DNA of 64,000 bases from Paraphysomonas bandaiensis (taxonomy: Eukaryota; Protista; Chrysophyceae): NCBI GenBank assembly GCA_965644295.1, contig CBFFRP010000134.1, forward strand, positions 1 through 64,000, in the 5' to 3' direction. The notes below the pieces were generated by a model. It saw only the letters and a program-made list of their open reading frames with translations, searched no databases and was not told the DNA's origin. Shown here one piece after another: positions 38,122-51,261 of this stretch (position 1 is the stretch's first letter; each line of letters opens with the position of its first letter). Position numbers and translations under genes: made by a program.

Positions 38122-38994
38122 TTAACCAGTACACACTACTCGCCTTTGGTAGAACTCAGATACAATGCTACCAAAGAGAACAGGGTTACAATGTAGAAAG
38201 GAATGTCCTTCACCATCTACAACACGTACTTCTACAGTACTGGAGAACTGCTGACTCTTTACATATTCATAATTGATGAAAGCATCATCTGTCCCACCGA
38301 CTATTAATACTGGTGTACTAGTTCGTTGTAGTAGCTCAATTTCATTTAAGCCTTTTCCCTCTCGAATGGCCTCAACCATACATTTTCGCGCTTGACCATG
38401 CGTCCTCATCGCTACAGGTATAAACTTCTGTATATCGATTTCATTTAGACCGTAGGCACGAATAAAAACTGCGGCTTGCTCAGCAGTGAGCTGTTCCCCG
38501 TGTCCACAATATGCCATTGCCGGTGAATTTATGAACGCTTCATTCATGTCGTTTCCACATATTGGAGGTGTTCCTGTAATGATCACACACTCTATTCTGG
38601 CATATTTATTCAAATGAAGCATAGCAATAGCCTCATGACCGCCCTTGGACAGACCCAATATAGAGTATGTATCTATATGAAGCTTTTCACATGCTTCTAG
38701 AAAAACTTTCGCCATCCCTGTAAAGGTGTATATATCTGACTCCTGTTTAGACGATGAGACAACTGCATCAGAGCTCTGACCATGTCCGATCGTATCAAAA
38801 ACAATGTAACGCATTAATGGATTCATTCCACCGTCATGTATAAACTTGTTGAATATACTGCCATCGATAGAGTTGCCGTGTATACACACCACACAACCAT
38901 ATGAGCCATCTGGATGATAGTCACGATAATATAATCTACCGACTGAGGTTTGTATGTAACCAGATGACCAGAGTGTTGTCTTTGTGTCTTCCAT
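38122..38994 (-). CDS. Alpha/beta hydrolase, intronless
   Basis: CIHGNS, DTIGHGQS, nucleophile GLSKGG, acid GTDDAF, His GEGHS. Confidence 0.9.
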   Translation of the reverse strand: MEDTKTTLWSSGYIQTSVGRLYYRDYHPDGSYGCVVCIHGNSIDGSIFNKFIHDGGMNPLMRYIVFDTIGHGQSSDAVVSSSKQESDIYTFTGMAKVFLEACEKLHIDTYSILGLSKGGHEAIAMLHLNKYARIECVIITGTPPICGNDMNEAFINSPAMAYCGHGEQLTAEQAAVFIRAYGLNEIDIQKFIPVAMRTHGQARKCMVEAIREGKGLNEIELLQRTSTPVLIVGGTDDAFINYEYVKSQQFSSTVEVRVVDGEGHSFLHCNPVLFGSIVSEFYQRRVVCTG

Positions 38995-39488
38995 TGTCCT
39001 CCACTCACGTATATATTCGTCCCCTGGAGTGTGTCTATATGCAGATAAGATATCTCAGATATATGAACTTACATACATACACAGTGCGTCGAGAAGTATA
39101 GAGAATCGGATATGGAGAAAATCTGTAAAAATATTGGATTTTCAGGTCCTGGTAGAGCAGATACTCCGATATCTAGCCACCGGTCCTGTAAACGTATCGG
39201 TATCCTTCGTATATTTTTGTTCCAAGATGCCTCTAATATTGAGGCAATAATTATCTGTATTTTAGCCATACTTGTATCACAGTAATATGGACGATTTAGA
39301 TTCAATTTATTTCCGAAAAATAAGATGCTGACTGCCGATACGAATAGCTTCCATCCATGTACAAGGATACAGCAGCAGGTACGCAGTCTGGTACTGCTGT
39401 ATGTGTATGTATGCAATCATAGTGTAGCATAAAGTAGTTATCCCTCATAATTTTCATGCCAACAGAGTGACTGACAGCCAAATAAACA

Positions 39489-40812
39489 ATGGGAGATGTT
39501 TATTTCGACATATCTATAGGCGGTGTGCCTCAAGGACGAATAATCTTTAAGCTGTATGATGATGTAAGTGCTCTTGGCTTATATATAGATGTGTGTGTGA
39601 GAGTTGATGCCTATACATGCAACAGATAGTGCCCAGGACTGCTGCTAATTTCCGAAGTTTGTGTATCGGGGATGTCGGTGTAGGTAAAACCACAGGAAAG
39701 AAGCTGCATTACAAGGGCAGTATATTCCATAGGATAATAAAGGGGTTCATGTGTCAGGGGGTGTGTGGTCGACATGTTATGGACGGTCTGTGACTTATCT
39801 ATTGTATCAGGGTGATTTTTCGAACAGAGATGGTACTGGTGGAGAAAGTATATATGGGGGTAAATTTTCTGATGAAAACTTCGTCATGAAGCATACTAAG
39901 CCGGGTCTTTTGTCAATGGCCAATGCTGGCCCAAACACTAATGGTACCGTCATGCAATATCAACTCTCGTGGTAATTTTTTATAGGGTCGCAATTTTTCA
40001 TCACACTAGTTCCTACACCTCATTTGAATAACAAGCACGTTGTGTTTGGAGAAGTAGTTGGAGGTATGGATATTGTGCGGAAGATGGAGATGGTGGACAC
40101 GGATTCTCGGGACCGCCCTCCAATTAGCCAGGCTGTTTGTGTGGAAGATTGTGGGGTATTATCATCTTCATCGAAGCGACACAAAGAGAGCAAAAAAGAG
40201 GATAAGAAGGATAAAAAGAAAAAGAAGGACAAAAAGAAGCACAAGCATCACAAAAAGCGTGCCAGGGAAAGTAGCAGTAGCAGTGAGTCTTCGTGTGAAA
40301 GTAGACACCAGGGCTATGAAGACAGGGATAAAAAGCGGAGGAGGAGCAGCTCCATAGAGGAAAGATCGAGAGGGCGTGACAGGTCTAGAGAGGATAGGTC
40401 CAGAGGTAGATCCGAAGAGGAGAGGTCTCGGGTACGCGACAGGTCCATTGAAGAAAGATCAAGCAGGCGAGGTAGATCCGAAGAGGAGAAGTCTCGGGCA
40501 CGCGACAGATCCATAGAGGAAAGATTGAGAGGGCGTGACAGGTCTAGAGAAGATAGGTCTAGAGGTAGATCCGAAGAGGAAAGGTCTCGGGTACGCGACA
40601 GGTCCAAAGAGGGCAGGTCAAGAGGGCGAGGTAGATCTAGCGAGGGTAGGTCCAGAGAGCACGATAGATCACGAAGATCCAGTGATCGAAAGATATCTCG
40701 AGAGTCCAGGTCTATAGGGCGAGACAGATCAAGAGAATCCAGATCCAGAGAGCGCAATAGATCCAGAAGGTCGCGTTCCAGAGGTCGGAACAGTTCCAAC
40801 GACAGGGTATGA
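39489..40812 (+). CDS. Cyclophilin with K-rich and RS/RD-repeat C-terminus (PPIG/CYP63-like), 4 exons
   Basis: [61 protein letters not shown]; long RS tail. Confidence 0.92.
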
Positions 40813-41793
40813 TCAAAGCGCGACTCTTTGACAAAAAATTGTCTTAAGAAAGATTGGATCGCATAATTCAGACTGTCATAATTTCAGTGGTCGGAGTACA
40901 AGTGAACCTAATCCAACTAACATTTTAAAATTGGAGATACTGTGTCACCTGGCACAGCAGAAAGTTGAAGCACATATTAGAGTGTCACTATGTTAGTTAT
41001 AAGTTATAATTGAAGAATGCTATTGTGTAACTCACTTAAATCACGAGAGTATAATAGGCCGCGCATGTATTCGACTTGTATGGTTGTCATTTTTCTCTAT
41101 AAACTATAAAAACTTCACATGAAGGATAAAGCCTAATAGTATAATAGCGAGACACGTTTGAGCAAACGTTAGCACCACACACATTTGCGTTTTGCGTACC
41201 TTGTACAGGCGCGTATCTTATAGAGTTTGGTAATTATTCAGTCTATTTGATATTTCATTGTATATATATGTTGTATTCACGCGTTAAGAGACATACGTGA
41301 ATCCATGAATCTTAATAGTTTTGTACATAGCCAGCACAGCTAACTTTGCTCTAAATGCAAGCTAGCTCCTCCCTATTTCATTATCATTTCCCCCCTGGTC
41401 TACATCAAGTTCAATTTCTGTGTCTTTATTTGAACTTCTTATAGAGTCATCAGATTATATTTGACAGTATTTTCATTGAAAAAGCATATTGAAGTCAGAA
41501 GAAAAACATACGTACAAATTTTTCGTCATAATGGGTTTTGTTTTGGAGGTTACAATCGCAATTGTCAAATAATTTTTTATAAACAACTCTGGTCTGGTGT
41601 GAAGCTCATGTATTTTCTTCCCGCCATGCCTTTGGGATTGGACTTTCCGTGACTTCAATACCACAAGTGGTTTTCAGACATTAAATTAGACTAAATGCTG
41701 TATAATTACAATTGAAGTACTACGTAACAAAACATATTACAACCTTTCTCTAGAACACTATAAATAAGGAAATATATGCGGAGTATATATAAC

Positions 41794-42821
41794 TTATAAT
41801 TCTGTCGCTGGGCGCCTGGAGCGCTGAGAAAAATGAAGCACGTTGTTATTCACTTCCTCCTTTTGCAATCGCATCTCTTCTCTCTTTCGAATGGAATCTT
41901 CACGTTTCTTTTTAAGATCTGGACTCATTCTGACCCCACCTTTGAAATTCATTGCGGCACCAGCTCCAAGCAAAACATCTGCTGCTTCTTTATGACCGAG
42001 ATCCTGAAAGAAATGTCATCGAAGTCGATAGATTTAGCACACATTCATACCAATGCATGATCAAGCGCTGTTCTTCCAAATTTGTCCTTTGCGTCCATAT
42101 CAGCTCCGTGATCTATTAAAACCTGAACTATGTCGTTTCTGTTTCTACTTGCAGCGTGCATCAATGGTGTGTACCGCTTATTATTTCGCGCTTCTATATC
42201 CGCCCCACCAGAGAGAAGATATTGAACAGATTTTATATCGCCAGATACCATAGCATGCATCAATGCAGTTTCACCTGTTGCAGTCGATTGATTCACAAAG
42301 CTGGAATTTGTGTCAAGTAGCAATTTGATAACATTAGCTTTGCCTCTGATTGCTGCAACCATAAGCGGGGTCATTTCTCCTTCCACACGACTCTTCAGAC
42401 TGGCCCCTCCTTCGATCAACGCCTGCACAGTTCTTGAATAACCAGCTTGTGCTGCAGCATATATTGGAGTTACACCAAGAAAATTAGGGGTATTGACTGC
42501 TGCATTCGCCCTAATCAAGGCCGACACAACGATATCATGTCCAACTTCAGCAGCGAGAAAGATGGCAGTTTCGTTTGTATCGCGACATGGCTTGTTGACC
42601 TCAGCTCCAGCTTTTAATATATTTAATACTGCTTCCAAATGTCCTACTCTTGCAGCATGTAGTAGCGGGGTCTTCCCTGTTTCATCATACTCATTAATGG
42701 TGTCGATTAACATGCCATCCGGTATAGAGGCGTATTTTTGGAAATCTGGATTCTTTGCAGGTATTACAGACACAATAAATGTGCTATAGAACAAGTAAAG
42801 TAATCCAATACTTGTAAGCAT
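41794..42821 (-). CDS. Ankyrin-repeat protein with signal peptide and C-terminal ATEL, 2 exons
   Basis: Hydrophobic MLTSIGLLYLFYSTFIVSVIPA; ~7 TPL/TAL ankyrin repeats; second exon ends QRSRRPATEL*. Confidence 0.85.
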
Positions 42822-43253
42822 TGTTATTAGTTGACTTGTTTCACTGTAAGATCATTCTAATAAGCTTAATGGATGCCCCAGTGAGGCCATCCTCCCTATG
42901 CGGGATTTCCAGATAGTTTGACTTCCATACTGAATATCAGGGAATATTGTGGGGGTATTGTATGCTGTTATGCTTTTTTTCGGAGATTTTTATATATTAC
43001 GTAGGAAAAAATTAGTTTTTTATTATAAATATTATACTTCTAGGAAGTAGAAGTGTACAAGCAAGTAACTAACGTACAGAGGTGTTTAAATATCACTTCA
43101 GCATATATATGTATGTATGTATGTGTATCCACAGTCATATAGTATCCATGTACAGTATTAACCATACCTTATATTAGCCCACCAGTGCCTTTATATACCA
43201 TACATATATGCTCTAATCTCAGTCTATCGAGCTCATCGCATCCAGTAACCCTT

Positions 43254-46200
43254 ATGGCGCCTAAACTAGCCAAACTAAACCCGAATCCACCTACAGGGCC
43301 CTCTGACAGTCCTTCTGAGGGTATGTCTCGTCCAAAGATGAAGGGAAGCTCTCTGAAGAAGACAGGGGATATTGGGAGACTAAATCCCAGCCCTCCGAAG
43401 GACAATCGACCGGATGTGTTGGGTGAGATAGTGACCAGGCCCAGTCCTCCTAAGAAACTTTCACATGAGCCTTTAGGAGACATACATAGTCCCACAGGAG
43501 ACATTGAGGAGGTCTCTAATCCATCAATGAATAAATTGGCTGTATTAGAGCCGATTGCGACAGATGATGCGGAAGGAAATAAAGAGGAGGTACATGATTC
43601 TAATGCTACTAGTCAAGAGCAGAACACTGTCGATGCGAGCAGTTCGAATAATGCCGAAGTTGAAAATATTGAAATATCACCGAAAGCAGGACCTACGATT
43701 GAAGAAGAAGGGGTTACTGATAGTCGTATTCCGGACTCGGTTCAGGAAAAGGTATCTCCGCAGAATATTTCTGCGCCTAGTGATACGGATGACGGTTTTG
43801 TGGGTGGTATTGAAGATGAGATGTATGTGTCTCCTTCAGACAGGTGTGCTCCTACTACACAGACACGTGATGAGTACGAGGAGCTGTCCAACAGCCGGGC
43901 ACGTGAAGCGCGAGTCAAACAACAAAGCAGTGCCATGGCGCTGCGCGAAATGTACTCGCGGTTTAGAATAGACTTTGCTTCAGGAACGGTGTCGGGTCTA
44001 CATGGAGCGGTCGTGCGTGGGGACGAAGACAAAGTTCGACAGGTTTGTAGTGTCTACCTTTTGCTGACACTCAAATAATTTGGCACGATGTGTCAGATGG
44101 TGCTTGGAGCGAAGGATGTACCGAACGATTCTTTGAGCGATCTCGTTGACGTGCATGTCCGAGACAAATGTGGGAGGACGGCTTTACATCTTGCAGCTGC
44201 GGGAAATAACCCCTCTATAGTTAGTCTACTGCTGATGCGTCATAGAAATGATTGTGAGCGAGCTAAAGCCACAGACATGCAGCGCCTGAAGCAGGAGCGA
44301 CGGGAATGCATCGTGGAGCTGCAAAAGAGTATCGAAGAAAGAAATCTCGGCCTCTTAGAGACTTCCCAGGAGTTTCTCTCCTCGGAAGATTATCGTGTAC
44401 GGGCTATCGAAGCTTGGTTTGAGAGAGAGGTCTCAAGGCTTCACAGAAGAGTAGAGCTGGAAGTGGAGGTGAGCTAACAGATGTCTGTGATCAGCAGTTC
44501 AAAGTTGCTGTGTGCGCAGGATGGGTGGATGGATGCTCTGACATGCCGAGATAACAATGGTCTCACGCCACTGCATCACTGTGTCAACACAGGATCTGCG
44601 GGAGTACTTCAGGCTTTGATTTTTCCCATGCACGGAGGAAGGGGGGAATTCACTGAGACTGACGTATATGGACGCCTAGCCCCGGGTACTATTCGCCGAC
44701 CGACTTTATCCCGTAAGGGAGTGAACCGATATCGTGTGGTGGGACGGGTGAGAGGACACGAATGGTTTAATCCTCGTGCAGTGTACAGTAGAGAGACTGG
44801 AGATGAAGTGGTGTCTTTAGATGGTACAGTCGGGTCCACTCTGCGAGCGCCACCGCCTGTTGCTGCCTCTAAGAGCCAATCGACACTGATTCAAAGTGGT
44901 AATAGCTTTAAGTTAGGCAATAAACAGACCAGTTCTAGTTATGGAGACACCATGTACTTGTATAATGATGCAACTACAAAGAAAGAAGAGGGAGTAGCAG
45001 CTGTGGATTACGAGGTAGTCATCCCCTGGCTTGTGAGAAATATATTCAAGCGGGCGTCAGAGATGGGCTCACGATTAGGAGCCTCGCCCATGGATATCCT
45101 CGATGAGTTGGTGGATATGGTAGATCCTCTGCGTGCTAGTGCGCTGGTGGCTCCGGAGGTACGCGATTTCCTTGGGTACCTAGGTATTATGGTTACTAGC
45201 GACATCATTAAAGAGCTCTGTAATGTGTATCCTGCTGACATGGATGCTGTTGAAAACAAGTGGATGAGTCTTCATGCGCGTCCACGGGATTCTGACAGGA
45301 AGAGTTCGAAGTTGTTGAATCCCGAAAAGAAATCCTCAAAAGGGTCTAAGGGTGGTTCTAAAAAGTCATCGAAGAAGAATGATGCGCGGGTTGAGGACAA
45401 TGACGATGATGTGGGTGGTGCTAAAGCGGAAGGGAAGCATGATGAGGTCAGTGAAGAACTTCTGTTGGGAGAAGATATGGACTACGGACTCGATGTAGCA
45501 CGGCTTTTGGATGATATTTCCACGGGAAGGGGTATGAAATCTATAGTAAAAGGCACTCAACCTAAATTTACTGAGACTGGTGATGAAGAAGAAATGGATC
45601 TTGGTGACACTCACGAAAACGACATATCAGACGAGGATGTGCCACTCTCACTGCCATCGATAGTCAGCATCGTAACTGTACATCGACATCGTGTACTTGT
45701 CGTGAATACGGTCGATGCATCCGGAAATACCCCTTTACTTGCAGCTGCTGCACTTAGTCGTAGAGAGCATGTGGATCATTTGATGAAAGCTGGTGCTGAT
45801 ACTTTGATCATATCTAAAGATGGACGGAGCCCCCTTTCTGTCGCCACGGATGCGTGTATCGTATCATCCCTCCAGAAAGACCTCGTTTTGCAACTAAAGA
45901 AGAGTAAAAATACTGTGTTGAAGAATGGGCTATCACAGTCCACTTCTTTAGAGTGTGGAAATAGTAAGTCAGTGACGATGGGGTCGAGTGGCAAGGTTCT
46001 AAGTGAGACAGCTCAGGCCATTACAAGGTCTTGTGGTAGTGCAGATGGCCTCCTCCTTCATTTGCAGCAGCTTCAGCGTCATCGTTGGGCATATTCTCAG
46101 AGTGCTCTGACTTGGGCTGTAGAGAGCGGTATGTCGGACCTTGTAAACCGGTTGTTGAGCGTAGGTGCAAACCCCAATTCATGCGATGCAATGGGACGGA

Positions 46201-47743
46201 CACCTTTGCATGAGTGTGTCTCACTTGTTGGACAGATATCAGCAGATAATGTGACACATCTGGAGAGTGCGATTACGGCCGTTCAAAGCCTGCGTGCAAT
46301 GGTTGAGGCCCTGATCGCATCTGGTGCAGATGTGAATGCGAGAACTGTAAGTGGGCGAACTCCCTTGCACGAATTATTTTGCAAGGGTCAGGATTTTGAA
46401 GTCCCACTGTATCGTCAGACCTCTAACAAGACATCGAGTAGTGGCTCAGAACGGAGGAATACTATGAACGTATCACAGAAATCTGTGATGCGTGCCAAGA
46501 GCTTAGTCTGTCGTTCCCTTTTACAGCTTGGGGGCGATGCGCTTGCGCTTGACCGACAAGGGTACTGTCCTCTACTATACTGTGCCCGTGAGGACGCGTC
46601 GGACTGCATACTAGAAATGCTTAATGCAGGGGTAAATATATATTTCCGCTGTCCTCGAGGAAGGACTGCCCTCCATATAGCTTGCATTCATGGAGCCGAG
46701 TCTGTTGCATCAATAATATGCAAATGGGATGCAGACAATAAACACGGTGTACAGTTAGTCAGAGATAAGGCGGGGAAAATTCCGCGAGACCTTTGTTCAC
46801 CCCGCATGACACAACAGTGCATGACAACCATATGGCAGGCCTGTAGGGCGGGAAATTCTCTTAGGTAAGCGACTTGGAATATTCGTGTTATAGTTTAGTG
46901 ACATGTGCACGCAGAGTTAATGAAATTATTTCGCGGCGACAGAGCGGAACTGTGACGTGGGAAAATGTGAATGCGGCCGAATCGACCGCTGCGGCAAGGC
47001 GTGGAATGGGTGATCAGGATCTTGGTGGAACTGAAGGCGAACAGGAAGGTGGAGGAGGGCGCAACCGAGATTTGTGGATGCTGGATGGTGTGGATGCCAA
47101 GACAAGAATGTGGGTATATTAAATTATTCATTATCTCGACTTCTCACGATACTAATAGCCATCGGTGGACTCCGCTGCATACATGCATCATTGGCTGGGC
47201 TGAGTGGAGTGTCGAGACAAAGGGAAATATGTCTGCTAAACGCGCACTAGGGGAGGGGATGGGTCAGAAGGTATCGAACGGTGCAGGCGCAAGAAAGAAA
47301 ACTCTAGATGGCAGATCGAACGGTGCGGGTGCAAGAAAGAAAACTCTGGATGGCCGATCATTAACTCCTTCGCATGCTGCAGTACTCAGTGTATTGCTTC
47401 AGGTACGCCTTGCGACGATTTCTGTATAAACGTACTCATCATGCTTTAGAACTTTGCTTATGTGGATAGTCTTGACAGCAAATGTCGAACTCCCCTTCAC
47501 TATGCTGCTGCTTGTAACTTAGCGGATGCCGTGGGGCTACTTTGTACTGGAGGTTGTGAAGTAAACAAGACTGATTTAGATGGGAATTCTGCGCTACACT
47601 ATGCGTATGCCTTTGGAAGTGTAGCTGCAGTGAGTGTATTGGAGAATAGAGGCGCTGATGTCACAATAGAAAACAACAATGGGATGAACCCGATTGATGT
47701 GACCGGTAACATTAGATCTGTTCCCACGTTAGACAAACGATAA
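43254..47743 (+). CDS. Large multi-exon ankyrin-repeat protein with disordered N-terminus
   Basis: ORFs 43185, 44088, 44481, 46874, 46971 and 47462 joined by short introns; repeated GRTALHLA/GRTPLH/GNSALH motifs; 42-bp coding tandem duplication at ~47274-47357. Confidence 0.8.
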
Positions 47744-47967
47744 CCGTGTGATATGTATAAAGTCGCCGGATATCTCCAATCTGTTGAATTTAATATTACG
47801 ATCTACATGTATATACGATAGCATAATTTACAGCTCGTCGTCATTAATAGCTTATTAATTTATATACCTACTATTTTCCTACGACTAGCTAACTGAGTAG
47901 GAATTCACTTTATTAGCTTTTATATATACAAGTAAAAAAATATTATAATAATATTCAATAATAACTC

Positions 47968-48280
47968 TAGTAGTGAATGTCTTCTTATTAGCAATAGGCG
48001 TGTAAGAGTCAGTGATTAACTCTGATATCCTACTATTTAACGCTACGAAATCTGCTTGTGAGTCACATCAAGCACCAAAGTGCAGCCTTTTTCGCTCTAT
48101 CACTCATCGTAAACGCAGTGGCCAAGCATAATGTCAATATGTAAATATACTTGACATCTGCTGGCTTTAGAATTTATGAGTCCTTAAGGTAAACAGCCCG
48201 TTCAATACCCCGGATGCCTGTTTACTCGTCAAGGCCTAAAGACGTCTACATTTGGCTATGAGTGGGCAGAACAATATATA
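47968..48280 (-). mobile_element. SINE-like repeat copy (tail plus internally deleted body)
   Basis: TAGTGAATGTCTT..TAGCAATAGGCG..CCTACTATTTAACGCTACGAAA..GACATCTGCTG..CTATGAGTGGGCAGAACAATAT. Confidence 0.7.
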
Positions 48281-48299
48281 GTTGCAACAATATTAGACG

Positions 48300-49560
48300 T
48301 CCCAATTTCAGCAATTGACTATTGTTAGAATTAATCACGATGTTGTGGTGTGCTGCGTAACTGACAATGAGCCGACGATGAATGCGGCAGCGAACCTCAT
48401 GACGTACTCATGGATGGGACTTTGATCACATACTTGAGTTTGTGACTATAAAGAGTCCCATTATCTGCAGATGGCGTTAACGATGTTTTGAAGGCTGCAC
48501 GTGAAGTGATAGCTCAGCTCAATTAATGAACACGCAGAAGACCATAAATGGAAGCGAGTCTAGCCTAGTTGTTATTCAGGATGTGGCCACACGGTGGTGG
48601 AGCACTTACATGATGATTGAACGTTTATTGTGCTATATAACTGCTTTTTACATGGTACAGGTATAGTACAAAAATCCCTTTCGCCCGAACAGAAAGATCA
48701 ACTAATTATATTACAAGAACTTCTGAAGCCTTTTATGCTCTGCCAGAAACATATATATGCCAGAAGAATATGGAGGGTGCTAGCTATATGTTACTATAAG
48801 CTTTTTACCCTTCTTTATCTCATTGCTTCGCAAAAATCTAGAAGAAACGCTAAAAACATTTGAATCTGATGAGTCCAATGATGGTATCTTATCTACGATT
48901 GTACGAAACAAACTATTTTCTTGTATACATGCAATGATTACAAAGTTCACTCTACGGTGGGGTACTGGTGAGCCCGGAACGGTGTTTCATGAACACCAAT
49001 CACGAGGTCTCCGACAGATACGCAAGGGGATTTCACACTGTGCTTTTATAGCATGCGCCCTTGATCCACACACTTAATCCTTAGTCGGTATCCCAGATGT
49101 TGATAAAGATTACGTCTGGGATGCTGTCTTACTGGAAATGAACTCCGTCTTCAGTAATCAAAATACCTCCACTGATCTAGACAAAGATTTCGAAGACGAT
49201 GTTTTAAATGCTGGTAGCGTTGATAATGATGATATTTTCAGCCAATTTCTAGTTCAAGAATCGGTTGAATCTGTGACTCCAGCTGACAGTGATTTCATCG
49301 AAAGGAGAGATGCTATATTACTCCAGGAACTGACTGCTTTACGAGCGTATACGTGTAAAGCAGTCAGTTCCTGGAGTAATATAGCATCTCTCCTTTCGAT
49401 GAAATCACTGTCAGCTGGAGTCACAGATTCAACCGATTCTTGAACTAGAAATTGGCTGAAAATATCATCATTATCAACGCTACCAGCATTTAAAACATCG
49501 TCTTCTCAGCTCAACGAGACTCAGCAAGCGGGGCTTTCATGATGCCGACAGTAACCTACA
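48300..49560 (+). pseudogene. hAT-superfamily transposase relic
   Basis: CCVTDNEPTMNAAA, DHILE, VIQDVATRWWSTYMMIERLL, LLKPF, ACALDP motifs interrupted by stops and frameshifts. Confidence 0.8.
49192..49505. repeat. Fold-back inverted repeat, 151-bp arms, 12-nt spacer
   Basis: 49192-49342 is the reverse complement of 49355-49505 (no mismatch found by eye); spacer GAGCGTATACGT. Confidence 0.92.
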
Positions 49561-49617
49561 AACCTTCTTAAAATGATTATAGTATGCTATCGTCATGTTG
49601 TTGTAATAGAAGTATAT

Positions 49618-49830
49618 AATATGGCATACATATACAAACTATGAAGGTCTACACAACTGCATAAGTGTACGACATTGTGAATCGCCACCCACTGTGGGTA
49701 CCGATTGTGCCAGGGCAAAGAAAGCTTCTCCATAACAGATACGTAGCACGACATACAACAATATATGGCATACATATACAAACTATGAAGGTCTACACAA
49801 GTGTACGTAACGACATAGTGAAATCGCAAC
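49618..49830. repeat. Direct repeat with ~144-bp period
   Basis: ATGGCATACATATACAAACTATGAAGGTCTACACAA at 49621 and 49765, with further downstream similarity. Confidence 0.8.
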
Positions 49831-50808
49831 TCACACGGCCCCCTGTCATCATTGTACGAAGGCGTTTTACAACCTAGCTGAGAAAGGTTTTTCACCAAGA
49901 CACCAATCTGAAACTCCTGTGGTACTAATACAGTTACTACTCAGCACTTATACCTTATCACCGCTATGAGCAGATAACTTGTTCTCCATCGCCTTTAAAA
50001 CTTATTCTACACATCACCTTCCACCCACACCCCTCCACAATAGACACACGGTTGTCAAAATAGTTCTTGAAATAGGAGTGATATACTAAGTCTATAATGA
50101 ACGTATATTACAAGGCATATTGTCAACACTTGGACAAAGTCTTTTACCTCGACGTAATGTCGCCAATGACATCACACACCCAAACACTATTGGCTATTGG
50201 GGGACTCCCACATACATAAATACACAGCTGTCTGGTGTCTGATCTTCTGTATGCTCTCATTCAGCTGTGTGTGTGCTGCTCTGTAGATGTATACATAGAG
50301 GGGCAAAGCAGTCCAAATATATAACCTTTCCTGAAAGCGTATCGAGCTCTACCACTTCCTCGTCTGTGTGTGTCTGTCTGTGTGCTCAAGAGGTGTGGCT
50401 CACATAACGAACACCCCTCAACCGATGAAACACACCTCTTGAGCACTTTCATCAATAGTTAGAACCAGAAGATACTGGCTCAGGGGTCCCACTATCTAGT
50501 ATCAATATATCTATATATTGGTGGTTAATGTTATGCATATATATCACTATAATAATACAGGCCGGTTGATCATCCGGCCCGGCCTAGCCGAATGGGGCCG
50601 CACTTAAGCCGGCCGACTTGACTCCAAAACCCGGCTAAGGGTGGGCCTTATTAAGGCCTAAATCGTATTGGCCACCATCACTATGTGCAGCAATACCAAG
50701 CGCAATACACCATGCATAGCAATGATAAACTCTGTGGTCAAGTACGAAGTATATCTACCCAGTATACAAGTACAGCAGTACATTGAATACTCTGTGTTCT
50801 TACCGCTA

Positions 50809-50880
50809 CAGTGGCTGGCCCCTATAAGGTGGCCCCTATAAGGTGCGCCCATTTGAGATCCTTATAGGGGCCAGCCACTG
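50809..50880. mobile_element. 72-bp Tc1/mariner-type micro-MITE
   Basis: 21-bp perfect TIR CAGTGGCTGGCCCCTATAAGG / CCTTATAGGGGCCAGCCACTG with TA on both sides. Confidence 0.8.
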
Positions 50881-50910
50881 TATATGGATTGGTTGTGTGA
50901 AAAAAAAGAT

Positions 50911-50982
50911 TTCCCGATCCGGGAATTGAACCCGGGTCTCAGCCTTGAAAGGGCCATATCCTAACCACTGGACTAATCGGGA
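50911..50982 (-). tRNA. trnE: tRNA-Glu (anticodon TTC)
   Basis: TCCCGAT acceptor stem, D-loop AGTGGTTA, anticodon loop CTTTCAA, T-loop GGTTCAATTCC, downstream T8 Pol III terminator. Confidence 0.95.
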
Positions 50983-51261
50983 TTGAGAACTGATAGGTGT
51001 GTAGCCAGCTACGAGGAGTGTATATATACTCTGTAGTTCCTACCAGTATATGCAGCAGCTACAGGGTACAGGACAAATCTCAACATCATATGGATACCCA
51101 GCGAAGTCAAAGTACATCAACTTCGTAAAGATTTGAACCAATCATTTCACTCTATCTGATCTTCTATGAGTGTTGAATTTATATTATCTTTCATTCATAG
51201 AATGAGCAGTCACTATACATACATAGTCATAACAAACAACACATGACACAACATATAAAAT

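Noticed and set aside
40314-40799. 161-aa antisense LDLS-repeat ORF
   Set aside because: Mirror of the RS-repeat coding strand of the cyclophilin
47990-48070. Hammerhead ribozyme (CTGAT...CGAAA) in the repeat tail
   Set aside because: Core reads CTGATATC rather than CTGANGA, and the required three stems could not be built
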